From the NCBI GenBank assembly GCA_021827785.1, contig JAKAUF010000360.1, positions 1 to 38,741 of the forward strand: DNA of 38,741 nt, in the 5' to 3' direction. Below, piece by piece: positions 16,533-27,628 of the stretch (position 1 is its first letter; every line of letters starts with the position of its first letter). The notes below the pieces were generated by a model, which did not search any database, had not been told where the DNA came from, and saw only the letters and a program-made list of their open reading frames with translations. The stretch is from Acidobacteriota bacterium. Lineage in GTDB: Bacteria; Acidobacteriota; Terriglobia; Terriglobales; SCQP01. Made by a program: the position numbers and the translations under genes.

Positions 16533-16562
16533 CCGATTGCGGCCGCCCGGCATCCAAGGCCG

Positions 16563-16844
16563 ATGATGGCGCCGATTCCGAGTGCGGCCGGGTCCGCTGG
16601 TGGGCGGGCGCAGGCCTGGGCCCAGGGCTCCGGGCGCAAGCTAGAGGCCGGGATAGGCGAATTCCAGCGCCAGCTGGAAGGGTTGCGAGCCGAGGGGCGG
16701 GAATGGCTGCGGCTGGGGCGGCGATTCCTGCGCCAGCTCCAGGAGCCTGGGGGCCGCCAGCGCCAGATCTTGCCATTGCTGACGGTGGCCGCTGGCGCGG
16801 GTTGGTTAGCCGGCTTTCTGACCGGAAGGCGCCGGGAGGGGTAA
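16563..16844 (+). CDS. Hypothetical small tail-anchored protein (93 aa)
   Basis: ATG in frame with track ORF 16347..16844. Predicted helical region (EFQRQLEGLRAEGREWLRL) followed by a C-terminal TM plus basic end, LLTVAAGAGWLAGFLTGRRREG, resembling the ElaB/YqjD (DUF883)-type C-terminus. Start is uncertain. Confidence 0.35.
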   Translation: MMAPIPSAAGSAGGRAQAWAQGSGRKLEAGIGEFQRQLEGLRAEGREWLRLGRRFLRQLQEPGGRQRQILPLLTVAAGAGWLAGFLTGRRREG

Positions 16845-16850
16845 GCGATC

Positions 16851-17063
16851 ATGGGCACGTTACCGCTTTCCAGCCAAGAACTGGCCGCGGAGATGAACCA
16901 GCAGCGGGAGGCGATCGGCGACACCGTGGACCGGCTGCGCCTGCGGCTGCGGCGGGAACTGAACCTGCCGCGGCAGTTGGCGGAGCATTCCGGCGTGGCG
17001 CTGACGGCGGCGGCGGTAGTGGGCTTCGTGGCCGGACGCCTGATGCGGCGAATGCTAGCCTGA
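16851..17063 (+). CDS. Small tail-anchored protein (70 aa), DUF883/DUF3618-like architecture
   Basis: ATG preceded by GGGAGGGG. Helical N-terminal part (QELAAEMNQQREAIGDTVDRLRLRLRREL), then VALTAAAVVGFVAGRLMRRMLA. Confidence 0.5.
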   Translation: MGTLPLSSQELAAEMNQQREAIGDTVDRLRLRLRRELNLPRQLAEHSGVALTAAAVVGFVAGRLMRRMLA

Positions 17064-17154
17064 GGGTTCCCGCGTCGGCGCCGGCGGGAGCCGCCGCCCA
17101 GCGCGGGAGCGCTGCGTGACCGTCCGGAGGCTGCGCCCGCGGCGCGCCGCCGCG

Positions 17155-17679
17155 ATGCCGCGCTTGCCGCCGGACTTCAGCCGCATGGACCGCCCCACCG
17201 ACAATGGCCTGGCCGCGACATTGCGTCCGGCCCGCCCGGAGGACCGGGAAAAGCTATGGGCATTGGATCAAGCCTGCTTTGATGCCCAGCTCGCATACAC
17301 GCGCGATGAGCTGGAGGCCTACCTAGACGCCCCCGGCGCCTTCGCCCTGGTGCTGGAAACGGAACCGGGAAGCCCGGCCGCATTTGTGCTCGCCAGCGTA
17401 GGGCGGCGCGGCCAGGGCCACATTGTCACGCTGGACGTGCTCCCGGCGTTTCGCCGCCGCGGTTGGGGGCGGCGCTTGCTGCTGGCCGCCGAGCAGCGGC
17501 TGCGCGCCGCCGGCTGCCGCCAGGTGCGGCTGGAAGCGGCGGTGAACAATGCCGCCGCCCTGGCGCTGTACGGGCGCCTGGGCTATCGCGTGCGGCGCGT
17601 GCTGCGCGGCTATTACCACGGCGGGCTGGACGCGTTGTCGCTGGCCAAGCTGTTTTCCGGCGGCGACGGTGGGCCATAA
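17155..17679 (+). CDS. GNAT-family N-acetyltransferase (RimI-like)
   Basis: Acetyl-CoA motif A in VTLDVLPAFRRRGWGRRLLLAAEQRL, and RLEAAVNNAAALALYGRLGYRV. Start is uncertain (GTG 17116, ATG 17155 or ATG 17185). Confidence 0.8.
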   Translation: MPRLPPDFSRMDRPTDNGLAATLRPARPEDREKLWALDQACFDAQLAYTRDELEAYLDAPGAFALVLETEPGSPAAFVLASVGRRGQGHIVTLDVLPAFRRRGWGRRLLLAAEQRLRAAGCRQVRLEAAVNNAAALALYGRLGYRVRRVLRGYYHGGLDALSLAKLFSGGDGGP

Positions 17680-17709
17680 TGGAGGTTTCCATTCCAAGGA
17701 CATTTCGAA

Positions 17710-18273
17710 ATGGCGCTTTCCGCGAACCAGTTGCGTCCCGGCATGGTGATTCTCCATGACAAGGACCTGTTTTCCGTATTCAGCATCACCCACCGCACGC
17801 CGGGCAATCTGCGCGCCTTCGTGCAAGCCAAACTCCGCAACCTGCGCACCGGAGCGATGATCGAGCACCGCTTCCGCTCCGAGGACCGGGTGGACCGGGC
17901 CGTGCTGGATGAGACGGAGATGGAGTACTTGTACAGCGATGGCAGCGACTACCACTTCATGAACACGGAGACCTTCGAGCAGATTCACCTCTCCGCCGAC
18001 ACGCTCGGCGACGCGGTGCAGTATCTGCTCTCCAACCTGCGCATCAAGGTGGAGTTTTACGAGGGCAACCCGGTTTCCATCGAGCTGCCGGCGACGGTGG
18101 ATCTGGAGGTGGTGGAAACCGAACCGGGACTGAAAGGCGCGACGGTGTCGAACGTGACGAAACCGGCGACGTTGGAGACCGGCCTGGTGGTCCAGGTGCC
18201 ATCGTTTATTGATATCGGAGAGAAGATCCGCGTGGACACTGCCGAGGGCAATTACCTGGAACGCGTGAAGTAG
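17710..18273 (+). CDS. efp: Translation elongation factor P
   Basis: Collinear with E. coli EF-P over its full length, for example [48 protein letters not shown]. The tip loop is TPGNLRAF rather than KPGKGQAF. Confidence 0.9.
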   Translation: MALSANQLRPGMVILHDKDLFSVFSITHRTPGNLRAFVQAKLRNLRTGAMIEHRFRSEDRVDRAVLDETEMEYLYSDGSDYHFMNTETFEQIHLSADTLGDAVQYLLSNLRIKVEFYEGNPVSIELPATVDLEVVETEPGLKGATVSNVTKPATLETGLVVQVPSFIDIGEKIRVDTAEGNYLERVK

Positions 18274-18466
18274 GCCGGCGGCGGCCTCGCAGTTGAGCTT
18301 GGCGTTCCTGCGCCCCGGCGGTGAACGCGTGGGCTGCCGCCACCGGCCGGCCGGACCGTATCCCCGGCGGCAAGTGCCTGACCGGCCGGTTGCTTGCCCC
18401 CCGGGCCCAATACGCCCACAATATCGCTAGGCGCATGCAGGCCGTAGCGCCGGGGGAGGCGATGCG

Positions 18467-20059
18467 ATGCAGAGTTTAGCCAACGCCGCAGGTCTGGACC
18501 TGCTTGACGAACTCCAAATCGTATCCAAACAACTCCGCCGCGATCAGCCGCCGGCGGTGCTGGCCGAGGAGTCGCTGCGCCGGGGGGAAACGACGCTGGC
18601 GGCGAACGGGGCGCTTTGCGCCGAGACGGGCCGCTACACGGGACGGTCGCCGCGGGACCGGTTCATCGTGCGCGACAACTCCACGGAAGGGCAGGTGGAC
18701 TGGGGCAGCGTCAACCAGCCGCTGGACCCCCATCATTTCGACCAGATTCTGCGCAAGGTGGAGCGCTACGCCCGTGGGCGCGAGCTGTTCGAGCAGCGGC
18801 TTTACGCGGGCGCCGATCCGGAGCAGCAACTGTCCGTGCGCGTGGTCACCGAACGGGCCTGGCACGCGTTGTTCGCGCACCAACTGTTGCGGCGGCCCAG
18901 CGCGGCGCAGCGGGAGCGCTTCGAGCCCGAGATGACGGTGATGGTTCTGCCCGGCTGCATGGCGGCGGGTCCGGAGGACGGACTGCGGTCGGAAACCTTC
19001 GTGCTGCTGAACTTCGAGCGCCGCGTGGTCCTGATCGGCGGCACGGAATATGCCGGCGAGATCAAGAAATCGGTATTTTCCGCATTGAATTTTCTGCTGC
19101 CGCCGCGCGGCGTGCTGCCCATGCATTGCTCGGCCAATATCGGCGCCGGCGGGGATTCGGCGCTGTTTTTCGGCCTGTCGGGCACGGGCAAGACGACGCT
19201 TTCGACGGATCCGGAACGGCGCCTGATCGGCGACGACGAGCATGGCTGGGGCCCGCGCGGCGTTTACAACTTCGAAGGCGGCTGTTACGCGAAATGCATT
19301 CGCCTTTCGGAGGCCGGCGAACCGCAGATTTGGCGGGCGATCCGCTTCGGCGCGGTGCTGGAGAACGTGGTGCTGGATGCGGCGACGCGCGAACCCCGCT
19401 ATGACGACGCCCGGCTGACGGAGAACACGCGCGCCGCCTATCCGCTGGACTTCATCGAGACGGCGGTGCCGTCGGGCCGCGGTCCGCGTCCGGAGCATGT
19501 GGTCTTCCTCACCGCGGACGCCTTCGGCGTGCTGCCGCCGGTGGCGCGGCTGACGCCGGAGCAAGCCATGTATCACTTTCTGTCCGGCTACACCGCCAAG
19601 GTGGCGGGCACCGAAGCCGGAGTGAAGGAGCCGCAGGCGACCTTCAGCACCGGTTTCGGCGCGCCGTTCCTGCCGCTTTCGCCGCTGGTCTACGCGCGCA
19701 TGCTGGGCGAACGCCTGGCGGCGCATCGCGTGCCCTGCTGGTGGATCAACACCGGCTGGTCGGGCGGCGGCTACGGCGAGGGCAGGCGGATTCCGCTGGA
19801 ACAGACCCGCGCCATCGTGCGGGCGGCGCTGGCGGGACAGTTGAACGACGTGGCCTGCGCCGTGGATCCGGTGTTCGGCGTGGCGGTGCCGGAGGCCGCG
19901 CCGGGCGTGCCCCGCGAGCTGCTTCGGCCGCGGACCACTTGGCGCGACCCGGCCGCCTATGACGCCAAGGCGCGCGAACTGGCGGGGCGTTTCGCGGCCA
20001 ACTTCGCGCGGTTCGGCGCCGTGGCGGAAAGCATCCGCGCGGCGGGACCGGCGCGATAA
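18467..20059 (+). CDS. pckA: Phosphoenolpyruvate carboxykinase (ATP)
   Basis: FFGLSGTGKTTLS kinase-1a motif, LIGDDEHGW, NFEGGCYAK, NTGWSGG. Length 530 aa. Confidence 0.95.
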   Translation: MQSLANAAGLDLLDELQIVSKQLRRDQPPAVLAEESLRRGETTLAANGALCAETGRYTGRSPRDRFIVRDNSTEGQVDWGSVNQPLDPHHFDQILRKVERYARGRELFEQRLYAGADPEQQLSVRVVTERAWHALFAHQLLRRPSAAQRERFEPEMTVMVLPGCMAAGPEDGLRSETFVLLNFERRVVLIGGTEYAGEIKKSVFSALNFLLPPRGVLPMHCSANIGAGGDSALFFGLSGTGKTTLSTDPERRLIGDDEHGWGPRGVYNFEGGCYAKCIRLSEAGEPQIWRAIRFGAVLENVVLDAATREPRYDDARLTENTRAAYPLDFIETAVPSGRGPRPEHVVFLTADAFGVLPPVARLTPEQAMYHFLSGYTAKVAGTEAGVKEPQATFSTGFGAPFLPLSPLVYARMLGERLAAHRVPCWWINTGWSGGGYGEGRRIPLEQTRAIVRAALAGQLNDVACAVDPVFGVAVPEAAPGVPRELLRPRTTWRDPAAYDAKARELAGRFAANFARFGAVAESIRAAGPAR

Positions 20060-20106
20060 ATCGCTCCGGCCCGTGCGGCGCGGGCGCTGCGCGGCGCGCG
20101 CCGCGG

Positions 20107-20997
20107 CTACCAGCCGCCTTGCCCGCCGCCTCCCTGGCCGCCCAGCACGCCGCCGAGTATCCCGCCCAGCGCGCCCATGCCCATCGCGGCGCCGCCGCCG
20201 CCGCTGGTCCCGGCTTGCGCGGCGATACGGCTGACCAGGCGATCAAAGGACAGGGTTTGCAGGATGACGTCGCCGGGGCCGGTGAGCACGATGAAGAACA
20301 ATCCCTCGCCCCCGAACAGCACGTTTTTGAAGCCTTTGACAAACTCGATGTCGTAGCTCATCCCGGCGTCGAACGCCACGACCGTGCCGGTGTCAATGCG
20401 GATCTGTTCGCTCGGCGCCAGCGTCTTGCGAATGAAATGCCCGCCGGCATGCACCAGCGCCGCGCCGTTGCCGGTCAGCTTTTGCAAAATGAAGCCCTCG
20501 CCGGCGAACATGCCGTAGCCCAGGCGGCGGGTGAAGGCCACGCTGACCTCCACCCCCGGGCTACAGCAGAGAAACGAATGCCGCTGGCAGAGCCAGTCCT
20601 TGGTTCCCACCGGCAGGGGATGAATGGTGCCGGGATAGGGGGCGGAGAAGCAGACCTCGCCGCCGCCGCTGGCGCTGGTGAAGCCGGAAAGAAAAAAGGA
20701 GGCGCCGGCCAGGGCGCGCTTGAAACCGGCGAACATGCCGCCGCCGGTATTGGTCTGCATCTGGACGTCGCCATGCATGTACAGCAGCGATCCGGGTTCG
20801 GCCAGCACGCCTTGTCCGGCGGCGAGCGAAAACACCGCCGCCTGCATTTCATAGCCGACCACGCTGTAGGGGACACCGGCCAATTGCCCGGCGGCGCCGG
20901 CCGTGGCGGGTGCGGCGGAGAGCGGCGCGCCGCAGCGCGGGCAAAAGCGGGCTTCATCGGGCAGGGCGGTGGCATGGCAGGCAGGGCAGGTAGACAT
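20107..20997 (-). CDS. AIM24/TIGR00266-family protein with N-terminal zinc ribbon and Gly-rich tail
   Basis: CPACH...CPRCG zinc ribbon. AIM24-type core (GSLLYMHGDVQMQT..., FGGEGLFFIVLTGPGDVILQTLSFDRL). C-terminal GGILGGVLGGQGGGGQGGW. Confidence 0.75.
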   Translation of the reverse strand: MSTCPACHATALPDEARFCPRCGAPLSAAPATAGAAGQLAGVPYSVVGYEMQAAVFSLAAGQGVLAEPGSLLYMHGDVQMQTNTGGGMFAGFKRALAGASFFLSGFTSASGGGEVCFSAPYPGTIHPLPVGTKDWLCQRHSFLCCSPGVEVSVAFTRRLGYGMFAGEGFILQKLTGNGAALVHAGGHFIRKTLAPSEQIRIDTGTVVAFDAGMSYDIEFVKGFKNVLFGGEGLFFIVLTGPGDVILQTLSFDRLVSRIAAQAGTSGGGGAAMGMGALGGILGGVLGGQGGGGQGGW

Positions 20998-21117
20998 GCC
21001 CCCACTGTAGCGCGGTTAGGATTTTCTTAGTCGTTAGGACAGTCTCTCGCTTATAACCGCCGCGCACGCCAACCAGCTTGATCGCTCTCCGCCGCCAGGC
21101 CACCATGGGGTTGACCC

Positions 21118-23118
21118 GTGCCCAACCTCAACCAACCCCCAGTGCCCGCCGACCCAGGAGCGGCGGGGGCGACATCCATCGCCCGGCTGGAAGCGCTGCT
21201 GCGCTCCGCGTGGCGGGAGCCGCGCCACCTGGATGAAGCGCTGGAAGCGCTGGCCGCCGCGCACGGATTGTCGGCCGCTGGGTTGTATCAAGCCGACGGG
21301 CTGGATTTCGTGCGGTATGCGGCCGGCGGCGCGGAGCATGGCCGGTTGCCGGCGCGAGTGGCCGTGCAGAGCGGCGGATTGTGGGCCGATGCGCTGCGCC
21401 ATGGCGCGCCGCGCTTCTTGGCGCCGGGCGCCGAGGACGCCGCCGCGCAAGCGCGGGCGGCCTTCCCCGCCAAAGTCGGCCAGCCGCATGCGCCGGCGGC
21501 GGAATGGGTGTTGTACGCCGAGTCGCCGCGCGAGCTGCCGTTGGACGCCCGTCATGCGCTGCGCGGTTGGGCGGAGGCGCTGGCGGAAGCCGGGCAGTGC
21601 CGCGTGGCTCTGGCCGCCGCCCGGGCCATCGGGCAGAATTGGGCGGGACTCTTTCGCGATTCTCCCGTGTGGTGCCACACCGAGCACTCCGACGGCGCCA
21701 TTGCCGAAATCAATCGCGCCGGGCTGGAGGTGCTGGGCCGGGAGCGGGACGAAGTCATTGGCCACCGGCTGGCGGAGTTTTGCGTGCCGCGCACACCGGT
21801 GCCGCCGGCTGCCGCCGAAGTTCCGGCGGGCGGCGGCGGGGCGCTGACCCCGGTCGAGGTGCAGATCCTGCCCAACCACGGGACACCCGTGACCATGCAC
21901 GTATATCAGCAGCCGGCGTATGTGGATGGGGTGCTGACGGGGGGACGCAGCGTGCTGCTCAACGTCACCTCGGAGCGGGAGATGGAGCGCCAGTTGGTGG
22001 AGGCGCAGAAGATGCAGGCGGTGGGCACGCTAACCGCCGGCATCGCCCATGATTTCAATAATCTTTTGACCACGGTGCTGGGGCAGATCGAGCTGCTGCG
22101 CCTGCGCCACGCCCGCATCCTGCCGGAGGACGCGGTGGAGCGGCTGGGCCGGATGGAGAAGGCGGGGCGGCGGGCGGCGGGCCTGGTCAGCCAGCTATTG
22201 GTCTTTTCCCGGCATGATCCGCAGCAAATGGGGCCGGTGGAGATTTGGGCGGCGGTGCTGGCCACGGTCGAGTTGTTGCGTCACGGGCTGCCGGAAAATA
22301 TCGAGATCCGCCGCGACAGCCAACTGCCCGCGGCGCGGATTTGGGGCAGCCTGGGGCAACTCCAGCAGGCGCTGGTGAACGTCGCGGCCAATTCCTTGGC
22401 GGCGATGCCCGAGGGCGGAGCGCTCAGCCTGGCATTGTCGCTGGCCCCGGCGCCGCCCCGCGCCGGCCGGTCCGCGCCGGATGCGCCGGGATGGGCGGTG
22501 CTGAGCATCAGCGACACCGGGTTCGGCATGACCGAGGCGGTGCGGCAGCGGGCCTTCGAGCCGTTTTTCACCACCAAGCCTTCCAGCGAGAACAGCGGCC
22601 TGGGCCTGGCCATCGTGTATGGCATCGTGCAGGCGCACCGCGGCCATGTCGAGATCGAAAGCTCTCCGGGCCATGGCACCACCGTGCGCATGTATTTCCC
22701 CCTGCTGCCGGCCAGCCAAACCAGCGCGCCCCCGCCGGTGGCCGAACCCGGCGGCGGCGAGCGGATTCTGCTGGTCGAGGACGACGCCGCCGTCGCCGAC
22801 ACCACGGCGCAGATGCTGGGCAGCGCCGGCTATCGCGTGGTGACCGCCCACCGTCCCACGCAGGCCTTGGAGTTGCTGCGCGCCGCGGCCGAACCCTTCG
22901 ATTTGATGCTGACCGACGTCACCATGCCGGAGATGACCGGCTACCAACTCGCCGATCGGGTGCAAGCCGAGTTTGGTCCCATGCGCACCGTATTCGTCAC
23001 GGGCTATGATTTCCAGTCCACCCCGGGTTCCAGTTCCCGCTTCTTGCTGCAAAAGCCCATCAATTTGCGGGACCTCGCCGCGGCGGTCCGGCAAGCCTTG
23101 GCGGCGGAACTGCCATGA
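21118..23118 (+). CDS. Soluble hybrid sensor histidine kinase (sensor region + PAS + HisKA + HATPase + receiver)
   Basis: H-box GIAHDFNNLLTTVLGQIELL, N-box LVNVAANSLAAM, G-boxes ISDTGFGM and GLGLAIVYGIV. C-terminal receiver ILLVEDD...DLMLTDVTMPEMTG...FVTGY...QKP. No TM segment is evident. Confidence 0.9.
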   Translation: MPNLNQPPVPADPGAAGATSIARLEALLRSAWREPRHLDEALEALAAAHGLSAAGLYQADGLDFVRYAAGGAEHGRLPARVAVQSGGLWADALRHGAPRFLAPGAEDAAAQARAAFPAKVGQPHAPAAEWVLYAESPRELPLDARHALRGWAEALAEAGQCRVALAAARAIGQNWAGLFRDSPVWCHTEHSDGAIAEINRAGLEVLGRERDEVIGHRLAEFCVPRTPVPPAAAEVPAGGGGALTPVEVQILPNHGTPVTMHVYQQPAYVDGVLTGGRSVLLNVTSEREMERQLVEAQKMQAVGTLTAGIAHDFNNLLTTVLGQIELLRLRHARILPEDAVERLGRMEKAGRRAAGLVSQLLVFSRHDPQQMGPVEIWAAVLATVELLRHGLPENIEIRRDSQLPAARIWGSLGQLQQALVNVAANSLAAMPEGGALSLALSLAPAPPRAGRSAPDAPGWAVLSISDTGFGMTEAVRQRAFEPFFTTKPSSENSGLGLAIVYGIVQAHRGHVEIESSPGHGTTVRMYFPLLPASQTSAPPPVAEPGGGERILLVEDDAAVADTTAQMLGSAGYRVVTAHRPTQALELLRAAAEPFDLMLTDVTMPEMTGYQLADRVQAEFGPMRTVFVTGYDFQSTPGSSSRFLLQKPINLRDLAAAVRQALAAELP

Positions 23119-23870
23119 CCGGGGGCGCACTACCCGGCGCGACGGGCGAGCCCATGCGCCTGCTGATTTATGCGCCCCAGCCGCTGCTGGCGCGGTTGCT
23201 GGCCGAATCGTTGGCCGCGCGCGGCTACCATACCCAGGTGGAAACCGACCTCACCGCGCTGGCCGCGGCCGATGAGCGGCTGCCGGCGGGAGCCTTGCTG
23301 CTCACCAGTTCGGACGCGGCCCATATTTGGCTCTCCGCCCAGCCGCCGGCGCTGCGGCGCAAATGTCTGGTGCTGGGCGACGGCGATTTGGACCGGTTCG
23401 CCGACCTGGATTGCCGCCTGGTTTCGCCCGCCGACAGCTTGGAGCGCATCGAAACCGAACTGCGCCATCTCGCCCCGGCCGAATCCGAGCCGCGGCAGAA
23501 GCTTCTGATCGTGGATGACGACCCCGACACCCGCGCCACCATCCGGGAATATTTTCAGGCGCTGGGCTACGACTGCCGCAGCGCCGCCAACGGCGCCGAG
23601 GCGCTGGCCCGCATCCGCGAGGAGACGCCGCAGGTCATTCTCCTCGACCTCAACATGCCGGAACTCGGCGGGCTGGATTTTCTCAAGATGGTCCGCCGCC
23701 TGGACAGCAGCTTCGGCATCGTGGTGGTGACCGCGCTGCACGACCCGCGCGTCGCCGCCCGCGCCGTCGCCGCCGGCGCCTTCGACGTGATCGAAAAGCC
23801 GATCAACTTTCAGCACCTCGCCTATCTGGTGCGGATCCAAATTTCCTACCGCGAAATGCGCGCCCGCTAG
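23115..23870 (+). CDS. Response regulator: degenerate receiver-like N-domain plus canonical receiver, no output domain
   Basis: ATGA overlap with the kinase stop. C-terminal domain LLIVDDDPDTR...VILLDLNMPELGG...VVVTAL...IEKP. The N-terminal about 120 aa (MRLLIYAPQP...) lacks the acidic pocket. Confidence 0.9.
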   Translation: MTGGALPGATGEPMRLLIYAPQPLLARLLAESLAARGYHTQVETDLTALAAADERLPAGALLLTSSDAAHIWLSAQPPALRRKCLVLGDGDLDRFADLDCRLVSPADSLERIETELRHLAPAESEPRQKLLIVDDDPDTRATIREYFQALGYDCRSAANGAEALARIREETPQVILLDLNMPELGGLDFLKMVRRLDSSFGIVVVTALHDPRVAARAVAAGAFDVIEKPINFQHLAYLVRIQISYREMRAR

Positions 23871-24000
23871 GCCGTGTCGCTGCTCGCCGGCGGCGCACCC
23901 GCCGGAAACGGCCCGCGAAACCAGGCATCGCTGGGCGCGGGCCCCAGCGCGGCTGCCCACCCCGACGCGCACCGCTGCGCGTTGGGGGCCCCGGGTCCGC

Positions 24001-24031
24001 CGCGCGTCCCGCTTGCGCGCCGGCTGGGCCG
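24001..24031 (+). repeat. 31-nt exact repeat, copy B (CGCGCGTCCCGCTTGCGCGCCGGCTGGGCCG)
   Basis: Identical to 15740-15770. Lies in the convergent intergenic region between the response regulator and thiolase genes. Confidence 0.9.
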
Positions 24032-24080
24032 ATCTCCCGGCCGGCGGCGCAGCGCGCGCCGCCAACGGCTCGCGGCGGTA

Positions 24081-25262
<1,182 letters not shown>

Positions 25263-25335
25263 CTCCGCACCTCATTTCCCAGTATAGGCGCGGGGGTCCG
25301 CGCCGCCCGCGCGGCGTGAATGCTATGGTAACGGG

Positions 25336-26173
25336 ATGGCTGCGGTGGAGTTATTGAAGCGGTTTCGCCACGCCTTCGCCGCGCGTTCGGCGGAGGCGGG
25401 CGAGCGGCTGCTGCCGCTGGAAGGTCCGCGGCTGATCGCCGAGGCGCTGCGCGCCGGCGCGCGCGTCGAGGCGGTGCTGTTCAGTCCCGCCGGCCAGGCC
25501 CAATTCGCCGCCGCGATCCGGCCCCAGCTGTCCAAGCACTGCCGGGTGGAAACCGCCGGAGAACGGGAATTTCGCGCCGCCATGGACGCCGAGCATCCGC
25601 AGGGCGTGGCGGCGCTGGTGCGCTGGCGGGAGCGGACGGCGGAGGACCTGCTGCTTCCCCCGCCGGTTGGGGACGCGGCGCCGCGGCTGCTGCTGGCCGC
25701 CGCCGGCCTGCAAGATCCCGGCAACTTGGGCACGTTGATCCGCGCCGCCGACGCCTTCGGCGCCGATGGCGTGGCGGTGCTGGCCGGTTCGGTCAGTCCA
25801 TTCAATCCCAAGGTGCTGCGCGCGGCCGCCGGCTCGCATTTTCACCTGCCCGTGGCCGCGGATGTGGATCCCGGCGAATGGGTCGCGCTCTGCCGCCGCC
25901 ATGGCGTGCTGCTGGCCGCGGCCGCGGCGCATGCCAAGCTGTCCGCTCCCGACGCCGATCTGCGCCGCTCCCTGTGCTGGCTGATCGGCCAGGAGGCGCA
26001 TGGCGTGCCGCGAGCGTTGCAGCGGGCAGCGGAGTTGACCGTGGCGATTCCCATGGCGCGGCAGGTGGACTCGCTCAACGCGGGCGTCGCCGGGGCCATC
26101 TTGTTGTATGAAGCGCGCCGCCAGCGCGCCGCGGCGCCGCGCCGGGAAATCAGCCCCGAAGGAACCCAGCCGC

Positions 26174-26193
<20 letters not shown>
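25336..26193 (+). CDS. TrmH/SpoU-family RNA 2'-O-methyltransferase
   Basis: LQDPGNLGTLIRAADAFG, LIGQEAHGVP, IPMARQVDSLNAGVAGAILLYE. Confidence 0.85.
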
Positions 26194-27535
<1,342 letters not shown>

Positions 27536-27628
27536 CCGCCCGCGCCGTGCACCTTGGCGTGTGCCGGGGCGGGACCGGGCGTCGGCCCGCGGCGGCTCAG
27601 CCGCCCGCCCCGCTATAATCCTGCCCTG

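Noticed and set aside
16388-17119. 243-aa Ala/Gly/Arg/Pro-rich ORF covering the small-protein region. The minus-strand ORFs 16193..16924 and 16204..16776 are similar cases.
   Set aside because: Low-complexity composition and no domain signature. The alternative small ORFs have Shine-Dalgarno sequences and a coherent tail-anchored architecture. Confidence in the first small ORF remains low.
26108-26173. Upstream start for rarA at 26108, which would overlap the trmH-like gene by 86 nt.
   Set aside because: The conserved RarA N-terminus (LFPE...PLADRMRP) begins right after ATG 26174. The extra 22 residues are Arg/Ala-rich. The longer form cannot be excluded without experimental data.
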